This document shows, piece after piece, positions 27,093-40,034 of a DNA stretch of 64,000 nt; positions within the stretch are counted from its first letter, which is position 1; each line of letters opens with the position of its first letter. Location of the stretch: assembly GCA_951406725.2 (NCBI GenBank), contig OX597816.1:141050001-141114000 (forward strand), written 5' to 3'. The notes below the pieces were generated by a model. It saw nothing but the letters and a program-made list of their open reading frames with translations, had not been told where the DNA came from and made no database searches. The position numbers and the translations under genes are program-made. This stretch comes from Octopus vulgaris (Eukaryota).

Positions 27093-28079
27093 TACCAACA
27101 CTGCTGCTTTCGACCATAACAAAACCTTGCAACTGTTTACGAGATATACAGCATAAATCATTTTTGTTCTTTTGAAAATATGCTTAAAACTGAGAAATGT
27201 GCATTTATTATTGTTTAGACATTGAGAGACACCGCCCAAAATCTGTAATTAATATTCTACAAGTATCATGACTTGATATTCTTAAATTTGCAGTTGGAAA
27301 ACAAAAGGCTATTTGGTGACTGACGTAAACTAACATCTAAGCAGTAACGTTGACTGTAATTGAGAGTGTCAAATTTTATAAGTTGAACAAAGGACTAAAA
27401 TGCACATCAGACATGTTGCTTCATTACTTTGGCTGTCGTTTTTTTTTTATTTATTTTATTGCCGTTTTATACATAAGGCATTAATTAAATCATGGAGAAA
27501 GTTGATACATTAATGGATATCCGTATTATCATTAACCTAGTCCGCTCTCCCTTCCTGCAAAAACACAAGAATATGCACAAGTACACACACACGCGCGCGT
27601 GCGCGGATGCAGACACACACATGACGCAGAGAACATCAACCTGCCAAAAACTATTACTGAAAGAAATTTCGTGTTGGCACGAGGCTAATTCTTGGCATTG
27701 TGTTATCATTTTTATCAGAAAACACACACACACACATACAAAAACACGCGCGCGCGCACGCACATACTCACGCACACACACACACACACACATAAACACA
27801 TACACTCATACACACACGCACATATACACACCCTCTTCCTCTCTCTCTCTCTCTATCTATCTCGCTCTTTCTCTCTTTCTCTCAGCTTGTACATATATAC
27901 ATACATACGTGTATACATACATGTATGCATACATACATATATTCACATATACACAATGCATACATGCATACATACATACTCCAAGTTCACAAGTTTGTTA
28001 CTTATGTGACGGTAGATGGAAAGAGCAGAGTATAGGGGTACATAGAGCATCTATAACGAGTAGGTTATGCTGACTCGAT

Positions 28080-29100
28080 TTTTATAAAAAACGACAAAAC
28101 CTTATGATGATATCGGCTGATTATGAAAAAGGCGTCTTACTCTACCCCAACACAAGGTTGCTGGAGTAGTAGGTGCTGCTTTTGAAAGGCTCCTAAACAT
28201 GTGGTCAACAATTTTCGTACACAAATGTAACTAAACATAGACCGACATATATAAAACTCCAAGGATGCCATCTGTGCATCTGTTTTCTGGTTGTTAAATC
28301 TACTATTTATCTTTTATAAGATCTATTCATTTTGTGCTTGAGTTTACAGCATCAAGAAACACAAATACAACTCATAATTTCTTGTGGACTATCTTAAGAT
28401 TTGTACCGGAAATATTTACAATGCTAAGAAAAAGTTGAATTTAATAACAGCATTTTCTGCTGATACAAGAATAGAATTTTGGCAAAAATGTTTATATTTG
28501 ATAGTAGAACACAGAAAACCTATTTCCTCAAATCATAACCCTTTACATGAAATAGTCTTCTTCTCTTTCCTTTTCCACACAAAAAGGGATACATAGAGCA
28601 TCTATAAAGAGGAGGTTATGCTGATTCGATTTTATAATACGTACACCTTAATGAAAATGCATCACACAAAAGTGCTGTGAAATAAGACAGAGTAACCAAA
28701 GAATATTAGATCAAACTTTAAAATTTATAACAGTTGGAGAACTCCTCTTAAAGAAGACAATATCCTACAATGCATTTGTAGTACCAGTTTTGATTTCAAT
28801 ATTTGGAATGCTTAAGACGGTGAGCTGGCAGAATCGTTAGCACCCCGGCCAAAATGCTTAGCGGCATTTCGTCTGTCTTTAAATTCTAAGTGCAAATTCC
28901 ACCGAGGTCGACTTTGCCTTCCATCCTTTTGTGATCGATAAAATAATGCCAATTGAACACTGGAGTCAGTGTTATGGACTTAGCCCCTCCCCTGAAATTG
29001 CTAACCATGTGCCAAAATTTGAAACCATTATTTAGAATGCTTGACTAGTCTGTGGAATAAATCCACTCCTTAGATATTGTAGCGAGACCAATTTCTATTA
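28080..29100 (+). pseudogene. Highly decayed RLE-type (R4-like) LINE RT remnants interrupted by a SINE
   Basis: Fragments resemble FLVDYLKI (F.DDLKL), TAFSADTRIEF and SYNAFVVPVL. Confidence 0.5.
28817..29030 (+). mobile_element. SINE family B (Nin/Deu-domain-like) copy
   Basis: gagctggcagaatcgttagc..caaattccaccgaggtcgactttgccttccatcc matches 35690-35922. Confidence 0.85.
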
Positions 29101-29584
29101 TTGCATATTGAAAACACTTGACTTATATAGGTTCCTCGCGTTAATCTGTAGTGATTGGTTAAAATACTTATCATATGAGTGGGCATTTGTTGTGATTGGT
29201 TGAGTGTTGCCGGATTGAAGGTCCAATAGCGTTGTGCGTAATGTATTTCAAATAACTAATCCTGTATGTGTTCTGGAGCCTCCTTTTTCCATAAATTGGT
29301 GTGACAAATTATTTACGAGTCAGCGGGGTGAGGGTTTTTCATTAGGGAGAGTTATGCAGATCCTGCCGTTCCGAGGAAAATTAATAATATGATAGAGTCC
29401 ATGTAACCAATGACGACCCAAGCTGAATTATCAAAACGATGGATGAACAACAACCAACAGAATTTGTAATGTTTTGATCCACTGTACCACTTTACGAAGG
29501 AATAAAGCTCCACTGTTATTTTAAAGTTGGTTTATTATGTTACTTCTACGAATGGACACGCAAAATATGATATATAATGATATA

Positions 29585-30754
29585 CAGAGTGGTGCAAAAG
29601 TAGGCTAACAGTTGTATATCTTTTATTTTTACAAGACAGTGAAGTATAATGGCGGGCAAGCTGACAGACAAAGAAAGAAAGTAGATCCTAAAGAATTACT
29701 GGAAATTTGAAAATGCGGAAACAGTGCGTCAGAAGTGGACAGAAACCTGTGCCGTCTTCACGACAGGCGATTTACAAAATAAGAGACAAATTCGAAGAAA
29801 CAGATTCAGTAAAGAACGCCACAAAATCCGGATGTCCTCGAATTGTTGCCATTAAGAAAAACTCAATGCAGGTAGCATTGACTTTTGTGAATAACCCTAA
29901 GAAGCCTACCAGACGAGCACCGGTTAAGTTGGGCATCTCACGAAGGTCCCTCATACCGACCTAGATTTTCTGCAACACCTAACACAGGATGATCCAGATC
30001 GTCGTGTGGAGTTCGCAGAAGTCATGCTGAATGCGATTTGTGAAAACTCGCAATTCGTTGACAAGATTGTTTCGTCGGATGTGGCCTGTTTCAAGTTATC
30101 AGGTCGAGTCAACCGACATAACTGTGTTTACTAGTATGACAAAAACCCTCACCTAACACTAACAACTGTGATGAATCAGCCACGTGTCACTGTTTGGGTA
30201 TGTCTGTCGTGTTCAAGAGTCCTTGGGCCTGTCATTTTTGAGGACACACTTAATGGTGACAACTACCTTGAAATTTTGCGCAAGGAGTTGGTGCCCGCAA
30301 TGCAGGCTATGCCGAACTTTGGTGACGTGTTATTCCAACAGGATGGGGCGCCACCGCATTATACAATTCATGTGCATAATTTTCTCAGTGAAACACTCCT
30401 AGGGAGCTGGATTGGGTGACGTGGGAGTACTATATGGCTGCTCCATTCCCCAGATCTAATGCCGATGGGTTATTTTTTGCTGGGGTATTGTGAAAGAGTA
30501 GGTATTGCGGAGAAAATCAAGCAATCTGCTTTAACTACGTGGGTTCATTACAGACGCCTGTCTGGAAATCAACACTGATCCGGACCTGTGTCGTATGTGT
30601 CGCAGTGTGGCTGATAGACTCCAAGAATGTGTCAATGTTCAAGACGGACATTTTGAGCATTTACGGGACTAACATTATACAACGTTCTTTTTTTTTAAAT
30701 GAAAGAATAAAATATACAACTGTACAATTGTAAGCCTACTTTTGCACCACCCTG
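29585..30754 (+). mobile_element. Full-length but decayed DD41D (rosa-type) Tc1/mariner transposon
   Basis: TIRs of ~30 bp CAG(A/G)GTGGTGCAAAAGTAGGCT(A/T)ACA with a TA TSD. Motifs are SDVACF.LSG.VNRHNC and FQQDGAPPH..SPDLMPM. I count 41 residues between the second D and the (mutated) third D position. Confidence 0.92.
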
Positions 30755-31147
30755 TACATGATTCTTTAGTAAAACAAAGAGAAACTTTAAACCACAACGT
30801 AAAAATATTAAAACCCGCACGATCCTGACTTTAGATGGGAACTTCCATAAAAACAGCAATAATATTAGTAGGCTTTGTCTTAGATGGTTCTATATTAGAA
30901 CTATTCATATTAAGGGCGGTGGGTTGACAATCGTTAGCGCGTCAGACAAAATATTTTGCGGTAATTATTTTCGTCACTTTATAAAGAGTGGCAGATTAGT
31001 AGAATCGTTAAAGCATCGGCCAAAACGCATTGTGGTATTTTGTTATAGCTTTTAATGCTCTGAGTTCAACTCTTGCCTGCGTTAACTCTGCCTTTCCTCC
31101 TCCAGAAGTTGGTAAATTCAATACTGTTGCCGATATAATCGATTATA

Positions 31148-32500
31148 CTGGGGTTCCCAACCCTTTGTTGCATTATCGTCCATTTTTCGACGCCCACCTG
31201 TATAGTAAATATTCACAAGCGTACCAAAAATGTTTCGTAAATGTTTATAACTGATTCGTAAACTGACATTTTAGGATACAGTAAAGAAAAAAAATACCAA
31301 AGGGCGGTAACAAATAACGCTGATATGTAGGTACTGTTACTATCATGTTAAAAAAACAAACGAAAACAAACGTGATCATTTAAAATTGTATTTCATTAAA
31401 TTAAATTTTAAAGGATGATCAGATTTCATGATAGGTACTTTTGGACATAATTAAAAGTGTAACCATTACAAAATCTCAATTTATGAACTGGTAACAAACC
31501 GTTATGAATTTTCTTTTAAATAAACAAAGTTTTGCATTACAAGAGACTTTATTGAAAGTAATGTCAAAAGCAGTAACATCAAGTATTTTGGCTCATACAT
31601 ACCATTTTTAAGTGTCATCAATGCGAACCCTGTGTCTGGCGTGATGCAGCTAGTGCAGACACATTGAACTTAGAATTATTCATATTTAACCGCAAGTCAC
31701 CTCGCTTGGTTACATAATATGACGTTATCATCACTGCGATACTGGTTCCAAGCCAAGTGATTTTTTTCTTTGTGCTGAGGAACAAATGATAGTCAGATAG
31801 GGCAAAATCAGGAGAATAGGAAGGCTGATCAGCCACAATTACGCAAGGCCACAGTCACACGCGGCAACCAAGGACATTGTCCTCATGAAACAAGACCCCT
31901 TTCTTCAGTTTTCCTGAGCGTTTGGTGTTGACAGAGATTGTGGATTGATGTTTGACGCCGGTGGCATATTTCATCTATACATCGAGAAATTGTGTTATAC
32001 TTAAGTGGAATTGTCTTGATAATTGCGTCAGGCTTTTTATGCATTACAGTTGAGGTCGAAGTAATGTGTAGGATGTACCAGCTTTTCGACAAGTAATGCA
32101 ATGTTGTCCGTTGCAATTATCCTGTTACCTTGTTGCTTAGTTGTTTCCTGAAATTTAGAGATTAACGTTTTCCACTTTTCGAATGCGGCTTTAATTTGTA
32201 ATAAATATGCCAAAGGTTTTTCCTTCATACTTAGAATATAAATGATACTTTAAGCGTGAATGCTTCATGGTTTCGTTGCTTAAAGTTTTGTTGCACATGT
32301 GGCACATACATAATTGACTGCTCTGGAGCGAAGCAACAAACCCCATAAGATAAATAATCAATACTGTATTGACGACAACTTTTCTTAAATGAAGACATTG
32401 CGACGTTTAAAAATTGTGCAATACGCAGAGAAAATAGTAGGAACAATAGATAATAAATTTTCGTTCGCCATGTTATATTGTTAAACGAAGTCCGTTTTCA
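31148..32500 (-). mobile_element. Buster/ZBED5-like hAT remnant with an internal mariner fragment (~31745-31950)
   Basis: The minus strand gives KKSCRQYSIDYLSYG, KEKPLAY, IKTIPLKYNTISRCIDEI and RGDLRL..QTQGSH*. The TIR C(T)GGGGTTCCCAACC is at 31148. The internal piece reads SYSPDFALSDYHLF. Confidence 0.85.
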
Positions 32501-32869
32501 ATAATTCACCAATATAAAAACACAAGAATGTTGCAATCACTTGGCAGTCAATACAATCCAACAACTTCAAGTGGCTGTCTGTTTATATGAGCATGTGCAT
32601 TGAGCTGTGAACAGAGCCCTTCTTGGGATTCTCATATTTTGTCTGGCATTGTGTCCGCACCTCCTTGTCTACAGCCTGTCAGTTGAGTTCTTAGAAGTTA
32701 TCTCTTGTGTCAATTTTATGTGTGCTCTCTCAGTGCTGGCGACATTGGTAAGTATATCCTGACATCACTTAATTTTACTGATAAAGCTGTTCTTGCTTTT
32801 ACCTAATCTGATTTATATCCGAAAAAAATACTATTTTGTCCGAAGAACTATTGAAAATACCAAATTTCT

Positions 32870-35057
32870 CTTTGTCTGCACAACTCAACATCTTGTTAAA
32901 TGCCGACCAAGTAATACCAGAGTGGTTGACAATTGATAGGACAGTGCTGTGCTTGAAAATCATCGAAAAAGGCAATACGGTAGATAATTACAGGCCGATA
33001 TCCTGTTTGCCATTTATGTGGAAATTATTGACTGGAATAGTCACAGAGTCAATGTACGGACATCTGGAAAAAATGGAGTCCTACCACATGAGCAGAAGGG
33101 TTGCAAGCGTTACTGCAGAGGTAACAAGGATCAGCTCCTGGTAGACAGAACTGTACTAAGAAACTGCAAGAGGAGGAAAACTAACTTAGCCATATCATGG
33201 ATCGATTATCGTAAGGCGTACGATATGATCCCACATTCTTGGTTTATGGAGTGTATGAACCTATTTGGTATTGCATTGAATGTTGAGCGATTACTTGGAA
33301 AAAGTATGGCGAAGTGGAGGACGGAACTGACAGCATATGGAAGAAGCTTAGGGACAATAGAAATCAGGAGAGGCATCTTCCAAGGGGACTGCATATCTCC
33401 ACTATCTTTGTACTGTGCATGATACCGCTAACACTGATTCTGAGGAAAGCAAAGGCTGGGTATGAATTCAAGTGCCGCCAACAAAAAGTCAACCAATTGT
33501 TATTTATGCATGACCTCAAACTTTATGGTGAAGATGAAGCCCAAGTCAGTTCCCTCATTGATACGGTGCTTACTTTAACTGCTGAAACCAGAATGGAGTT
33601 TGGACTGGGAAAGTATGGTATGTTAGTCTTGAAGAGAGGCAAAATCAAATGTATGGACGGGCTAGCGATACCGCCGGGGGTAGGTTATGAAGCAGATAGA
33701 TAGAGTACTCGGGGATTTTGGAAATGGATAAGTTGATGGAGAAAGAAATGATAGAAAAATTTAAGGTGGAGTACTTGCGCAGGCTGAGATTGATACTTAA
33801 GTCGAAATTAAACGAACGGAATAAGAGATTGAAGCTATCAACACCTGGGTGGTTTCACTCCTTAGATATGGAGCAGGGGTAATCGCATGGACAGTAGACA
33901 AACTAAAGAGCTTAGATAGAAAGACAAGTTGCTGACTAGATATGGGATACTCTCCACAAAACGTTACACAGACAGACTGTATGTACCAAGAAAAATAGGG
34001 TGAAGAGGACTGATTGGATGCGAACGCAGCATTAGAGCAGAAGAAAACAACATAGCATGGTATGTAAAAATGCCACAGAATCACTATTATTGGAAGTAAG
34101 AAGGTCAGGCTTGTGTAGGATGGAAGATTGCAAAGATAAAGCACTGTACAAGCACTTGAGAATGAGTGAAACTGAAGATAGGTGGATAAAGAAAAGAATG
34201 CATGGACAAATTCAAAGAGATGTTGAAGATAAGACAGGCAGAGAAAAATGTTGGCTATGGATGACTAAAATGGTTATGGATGACTAAAATGGCTATGGAT
34301 GACTAAAACCGGGAACAGAGACTCTAATTTGTGTTGCCCAAGAGCAAGCATTAAGAACCAATTACCTCAAATACAGAATAGACAACATATCAGAAAGTGA
34401 TAAGTGCAGAGTTTGTGGACAAAATGGTGAAGCCGTATGGCATATTACCAGTCAATGTATGCCACTAGCCCAGAAAGAATATAAGAGACGTCATCAAAAT
34501 ATAGCAAGGATTGTCCATTGGATACTTTGCAACAAGTATGGATCTAACAGAGCTAAAAAGTGGTACGAACATAAACCCGAAGGCATCATCGAAAACGATA
34601 ATACAAAGATCCTATAGGATTTTAAGATTCAGTGCGACCATGAGATAGATAATAGGAAACCGGAGATAGTGTTAATTGAGAAAGAAAGCAAACGATGTTG
34701 GATCATAGATATAGCATGCCAATGTATGCGATAAGGAAGAAAGAAAAGTCGATAGATATAACAGGTTAGCTTGGGAGGTTAAGCAGTTGTGGTCGCTGAA
34801 AAAGGTGGTAGTAATACCAATAATTGTCGGAGCCCTGGGAAGAGTGATTAAAAATCCTGAGAAGTACATTGAACAAATAGGGGCTGCAATAAGGGTGGAG
34901 CACATGCAGAAAGCAGCACTGCTTGGAACCGCTGGAATACTCCGGATGGTGCTCGAAAAATAAGGGGTGTTACCTTAATTCACTGGTAGTGAACAGCTGG
35001 CACCTTAGTACATTTTCAGCGTTAGAAGGTGTGCAAAGACAATAAAATAATAATAAT
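32870..35057 (+). mobile_element. R4/Dong-clade non-LTR retrotransposon, 5'-truncated, pseudogenised RT + CCHC + RLE
   Basis: RT motifs [37 protein letters not shown] and LLFMHDLKLY. CRVC..H..C zinc motif. RLE motifs RKPEIVLI..IIDIA and IPIIVGALG. (TAA)n tail. Confidence 0.93.
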
Positions 35058-35329
35058 TTCAATGTTTGTCTCAATACAAGAAATAATTATTTCATTCGCA
35101 AAGAGCTCATACACATTGTAACTTCTCCAAGTTCATTTATGATTTCCAAAAGTTTATCATTCGTTTATCTTATTTATTCGAAGAAAGTGCGGACATGGCT
35201 GTGCGCTTTGTAAACACGTTGTTTCAGATTCAATCCCATGCGTAGCACTACGAGCAAGTGTCTTCTACTTTAGTCTCGAGTTAACCAATGCCATGTGAAT
35301 GAATTTGCTAGATGAAAACTGTATATCTA

Positions 35330-36288
35330 CAAGGTGTTAAGACCAAATTTGATGACTTTTTATGTCTCCTCTCAGGAATAGCTTTATGTATTGGCGAACA
35401 GTCAACGGCGCTGGGGAACATAAAGATTAAAGTTGTAGTTTAGAAAAACGGAAGACTGGAACCCATCTGAATATTGAAAAGAATTTACCTGTATCATGAT
35501 GGTTCGCGCTGTATCATGATGATACGTATCAAAATGCGGACATTATGACTGCTGCTCAATGCTCTGTGGACACTTTAAAGGCTGTAAGACGTGATATAAA
35601 CAGCTGCAACGGCGTCTACGAAACCTTGACCAGCAAGAAAGGACACTACTGGCTTTCCGACTGCGTTCATACGCCGGTATTAATCTCAAGGCGGCGAGCT
35701 GGCAGACACGTTAGCGCGCCGGGCGAAATGCTTAGCGGTATTTCGTCTGTCGTTACGTTCTGAGTTCAAATTCCGCCGAGGTCGACTTTGCCTTTCATCC
35801 TTTCGGGGTCGATAAATAAAGTACCAGTTACGCACTGGGGTCGATGTAATCGACTTAATACCTGTCTGTCATTGTTTGTCCCCTCTATGTTTAGCCCCTT
35901 GTGGGTGATAAAGAAATAGGTATTAATCTCAACATTTTAAAACCGAGCCTCAGGCACAATTCATACGGCTATGTAAAGCTGCTGGAGACTGGTCAAAACC
36001 TGGCCCGTGAGAGTTGCTGCTGGAAAGCTATATGTGTACCAACAGTATTCGGCTCGTTACCGTACCGGAGGAAAGAATCAAAAGTAATTGTTGGAGAATT
36101 TCTACGACTTCACCAGCCCCAATTTCTAGCTTCCTAATTATCCTCGATTGTAAATCCCATCGATCACAATGTATGGGTCGTGATTAAGAAAGACACCAAC
36201 CGCTCTGCCGTTGACTGTTCATCAATACATCAGTCTCTTCTTGAAAAAAGGAGACATAAAAAGTCGTCAAATTTAGCCCGAAGAACGT
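35330..36288 (+). mobile_element. maT/DD37D-like Tc1/mariner element, decayed, interrupted by a SINE
   Basis: TIR cores aaatttga(t/c)gactttttatgtctcc are inverted at both ends. Remnants read GYVKLLET..VYQQ(D>Y)SA..ENFYDFTSPNF..P.D..VW..KDTNRSA. Confidence 0.8.
35690..35918 (+). mobile_element. SINE family B with target-site duplication
   Basis: Head GGCGGCGAGCTGGCAG..GAGTTCAAATTCC (B-box) and core gcctttcatcctttcggggtcgataaa; TSD ggtattaatctcaa (35676-89 / 35919-32). Confidence 0.93.
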
Positions 36289-36392
36289 AATAGAAAGTGT
36301 GACACAATATGCACTTCATCATAGGATCGCAAGAGAACAAGTATTCTAACACTGCAAAATATTACTTATTCTCGGCATAAACAACAAGTCAT

Positions 36393-36472
<80 letters not shown>
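36393..36472. repeat. (AGT)n microsatellite
   Basis: Visible repeat. Confidence 0.97.
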
Positions 36473-38749
36473 TATATATATATTTCAATTACCTATTAAG
36501 TCTTTCCTGACAAAATTTATTATCTTTTTTGCTTAAGAAATCAATGTGTTATAGAAAGTATTTGAAGTTTATCCTTTTGAAATTTCCAGATTTGTTGTTC
36601 TTATGAAAAGCATATTACATTAAAAAAAGTGATATTGAAACAAGAAATTTACGTTATGCAAGATTATGCAAGATTCGGTGTTACGTCAATATGGAATACC
36701 AACATTCTAAACTTTTCGGACCTGCCCCCTTTGACTTTCGATTTCTGCAACATGAAGCCGATAAAATATAAATTTCCTCTTGAAAAGACACTTGTCAACC
36801 AGTAACTAGCCAACAAACCCTCAACAATTCTTCTATACACCTGCTGTTTGCGATGGTTAACTATAAATCTCGCTCATTACGGCTCGATTGATTGGGCCAC
36901 TGGAAATTAGATGTTTTAGCTTGGGCATACTCAGGACCAGTGAATCCTAACAATCATCAATCTCTCGTCTAATCAAGCATCATGATAAAGGAGAACCCTT
37001 TACCTGTCGCACGACCGTCTAGAAATTGCAGCCAAATCTCACTCAAATTACACCTTGCTGTTTTATATGAGGAAAGGATACACAAGATGATATAGTCCTA
37101 GATACACAGTCTGAAAAAATAAAGGAAGGGATGGTCACATCTGGAATTCGTTTGATTATAAGTCTACTTGATTGTGGTTGACTTTGAGTTTAACAACATT
37201 TTTTGAGTGAGGATGTAATTGGTTTCATCAAATACTGTACTTGAGTGATGCTTCAGCCATTAAATGATGTAACTAAATATCGCTAGACATTTCGGTCGGT
37301 ACACCGCACTCTACCTATCTAATATCCTTCTAACAGTAAATAATAATGGTTTACTGCATTTATACAATTTTGAGAAAAAGGGTGTAGGTGATTTGATCAG
37401 TTTTCTTCCGTAGATGACTGGTACTCAAAATACAAATGAATGTGACTAAATACTTCTGCAAGACTTTCCCCTCGCATTACCGATTCCGCCAACCCGCTGC
37501 TCCCTTTTCAATTAAGAATAAATAACGTATATAAAAAAATATTCAGTTTAATCATAGTATATTAAAACATTATATTTAAGACACGTGTTAGTCTAAGTAT
37601 TGTGCAGAGTTATCATTCGCAATGATATATGTTAGGGTGTGCTTTTCTTTGTAAAAAGTTCGATTTTCTACAGAATATGACACTTAGTTCGACCTCAGGG
37701 AATTCATGTATGTGCGGGGTAAATAGCAAAATAAAATATTTTCGTTATATTTTCCATAGTGACCTCTATTGCCATCAATATATCATTTAAAGAATTTCCC
37801 ATGCCTCTTTAAAGAAACTGTCGCCTTTTGAAAAGATTTCCCAAGATGTTTAAAAAAAAACATCATATTTCCACTTATCAGATGTCTCTTGATAAAATGC
37901 TACTTATGGGACTTTGGGGGAATAGAAATAAGAAAACGCCCACTTCCCAGCTTCTGCTACTACAAGCTCCAGAAACGTTGGTAATAGAGTAAATTCCGAG
38001 AGCTAACTCAGGGATAGTGTGGGAAACGGTTTGAGACAGAAGTTTTAACAACGCAACTGATAAGGGTACATTGCTGCAGATGTTATTGCTAATTTCTGTC
38101 TAGAATGCGTCATCGATCAGAGTTTGTTTTTTTTCGCTTTGTTTTTCTTTTGACAATCATCACTGGGTGGAGCTATTAAGTAATGAGAAAAATGAAATTG
38201 TTGGTAACTGAAACTCTCATTGAAAATAAAGAAAACGAGTGAAAGAATGAGCCAAACAGTGAGTAGTGAACGTATAATGGGAGGGGCAGAATGGACAACG
38301 ATCTTTCTTGATAAGGTTGTTTGAAACAGAATCTGCTGTAGACGTGTGTAGCGCTTGAATGTTTATGATGTTAATAGCACATGTTCTCTTGCTCACGTTA
38401 CTCATACCGACACAATATCATTTTTGAAATTATATTTCATGAATGAATTTTGTAGCACATTAAAAAATAACAAATAAAAAAATGAGAGTTGATTGAAATC
38501 AAACAATATAAAGAGAGAGAAAACAGTAGCAGATGTAGACGTTGGCTAATTTGGTTACTTAATATAAAGTTGGTTCTGGTTGTTTACTTCAAATTTAGTC
38601 CTGATCGCACACACTCATGCTCAAAAGCATTTCAGCTAAGATCATCCTTCCCTTTTTATGACGGGTTTAGGGAGATTTTGGTAGTTATTGCTAGCAGAGC
38701 CAAGCAATATAATGGACGGATTCTCGTTGGCTCATAATGGAGAGAGTTT

Positions 38750-39718
38750 ATCTTTTATCTTTTAGTTGTTTCAATCATTGGACTGCGGCCACGCTGGGGG
38801 TACTGCCTTGAAGGGTTTACTCGTACAAATCGACCCTAGTGTTTGGTACATATTCTATTGGCCTACTTTGCCGAACTGCTAAATTACGGGGACGTAAACA
38901 AACCAACACCGGTTGTTAAGCAATGGTGATGGACAAACACAATTACAGAGATACACATACTTACATACACACGCACACGCGCACATACTAGATGTTCGGG
39001 ATAAATTTGACAGTTTGGATAAAAGGAAAAGAAAATACAATATCCCGTTGAAAAATAAAACTATTTTTAGAAAATCAAAAATATCAACTAGATAAAGATC
39101 AAAAAGGGGTCCGAAGATCTTTCCAGGAGCACAGTGAGGAACGCATGCACAGGTTCCGAAGCCGTCTTGATGCCGTGCTGGAAGCTGAGGTCGACTACTA
39201 TGAGTAAACTGTTCTCTCCCAGTCATAATCTTGTTGATATTTTAAAAAAAAATTAATACTTTTATTTTTCGATGGATATTCTTTTACTTGTTTCAGTCAT
39301 TTCTCCGCGGCCAGACTGGAGCACTGCCTCGAAAGGTTTTAGTCGAACAAATCGGACCCAGGAGTTATTCTTTTAAGCCTACTACTCATTCTATCGGATC
39401 TTTTGCCGAATCACTAATTTATGAGGACATAAACACATCAACACCGGTTGTCAAGCGCCGATGGGGGGGGGGGCAAGTGCAAACACAAAGACACACACAC
39501 TCACACACACATACAAACATACATACATACATACACACACACACATACACACATATATACATACATATATACAGAGATATACATACATACATACGTACAT
39601 GCATACAAATACATACATACATACATACATACATACATACATACATACATACATACATACATACATACATCCATACATACATACATACATACATACATAC
39701 ATACATACATACATACTG
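38750..39718 (-). mobile_element. Two 5'-truncated SINE family A copies flanking a maT-derived fragment (~38987-39275)
   Basis: SINE tails at 38750 and 39280; the internal piece encodes RNAC..FRSRLDAVLEAE.DYYE* (maT C-terminus). Confidence 0.75.
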
Positions 39719-39740
39719 TCAATACCTCAAATGTAAAATT

Positions 39741-39830
39741 CTTACCTGAAGACGGAGGCTGGTATTATCTGATGATAAAATCAATATCCAATCATTATTT
39801 TGGACTACCAAGCCCTCAGAAACAGCTGTT
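39741..39830 (+). ncRNA. Hammerhead ribozyme core (long stem II, stem I partner missing) in a Penelope-like tail
   Basis: CTGAAGA-c-GGAGGCTGGTA...TACCAAGCCCTC-a-GAAA with palindromic stem III ACAGCTGT, then T. Confidence 0.6.
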
Positions 39831-40034
39831 TTCCCTGATACCATATCTATTTCGTATAAGTCATAACTTTTTATATGTAAACATATATACATTTTTTTGT
39901 ATTAAACGTATTTTATATATATTGACTTGCCTGATTTGCTTATCCTTACATTTACTCCTCTACCTGCTCAAGTTTGGATTTCTTGAGCACTATGAAGTGC
40001 ATTCTCTCGTCTATAAACCATTTATATATATAAT

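Noticed and set aside
35690-35780. tRNA genes at SINE heads
   Set aside because: A/B boxes are present but there is no cloverleaf, and they are fused to SINE cores with TSDs.
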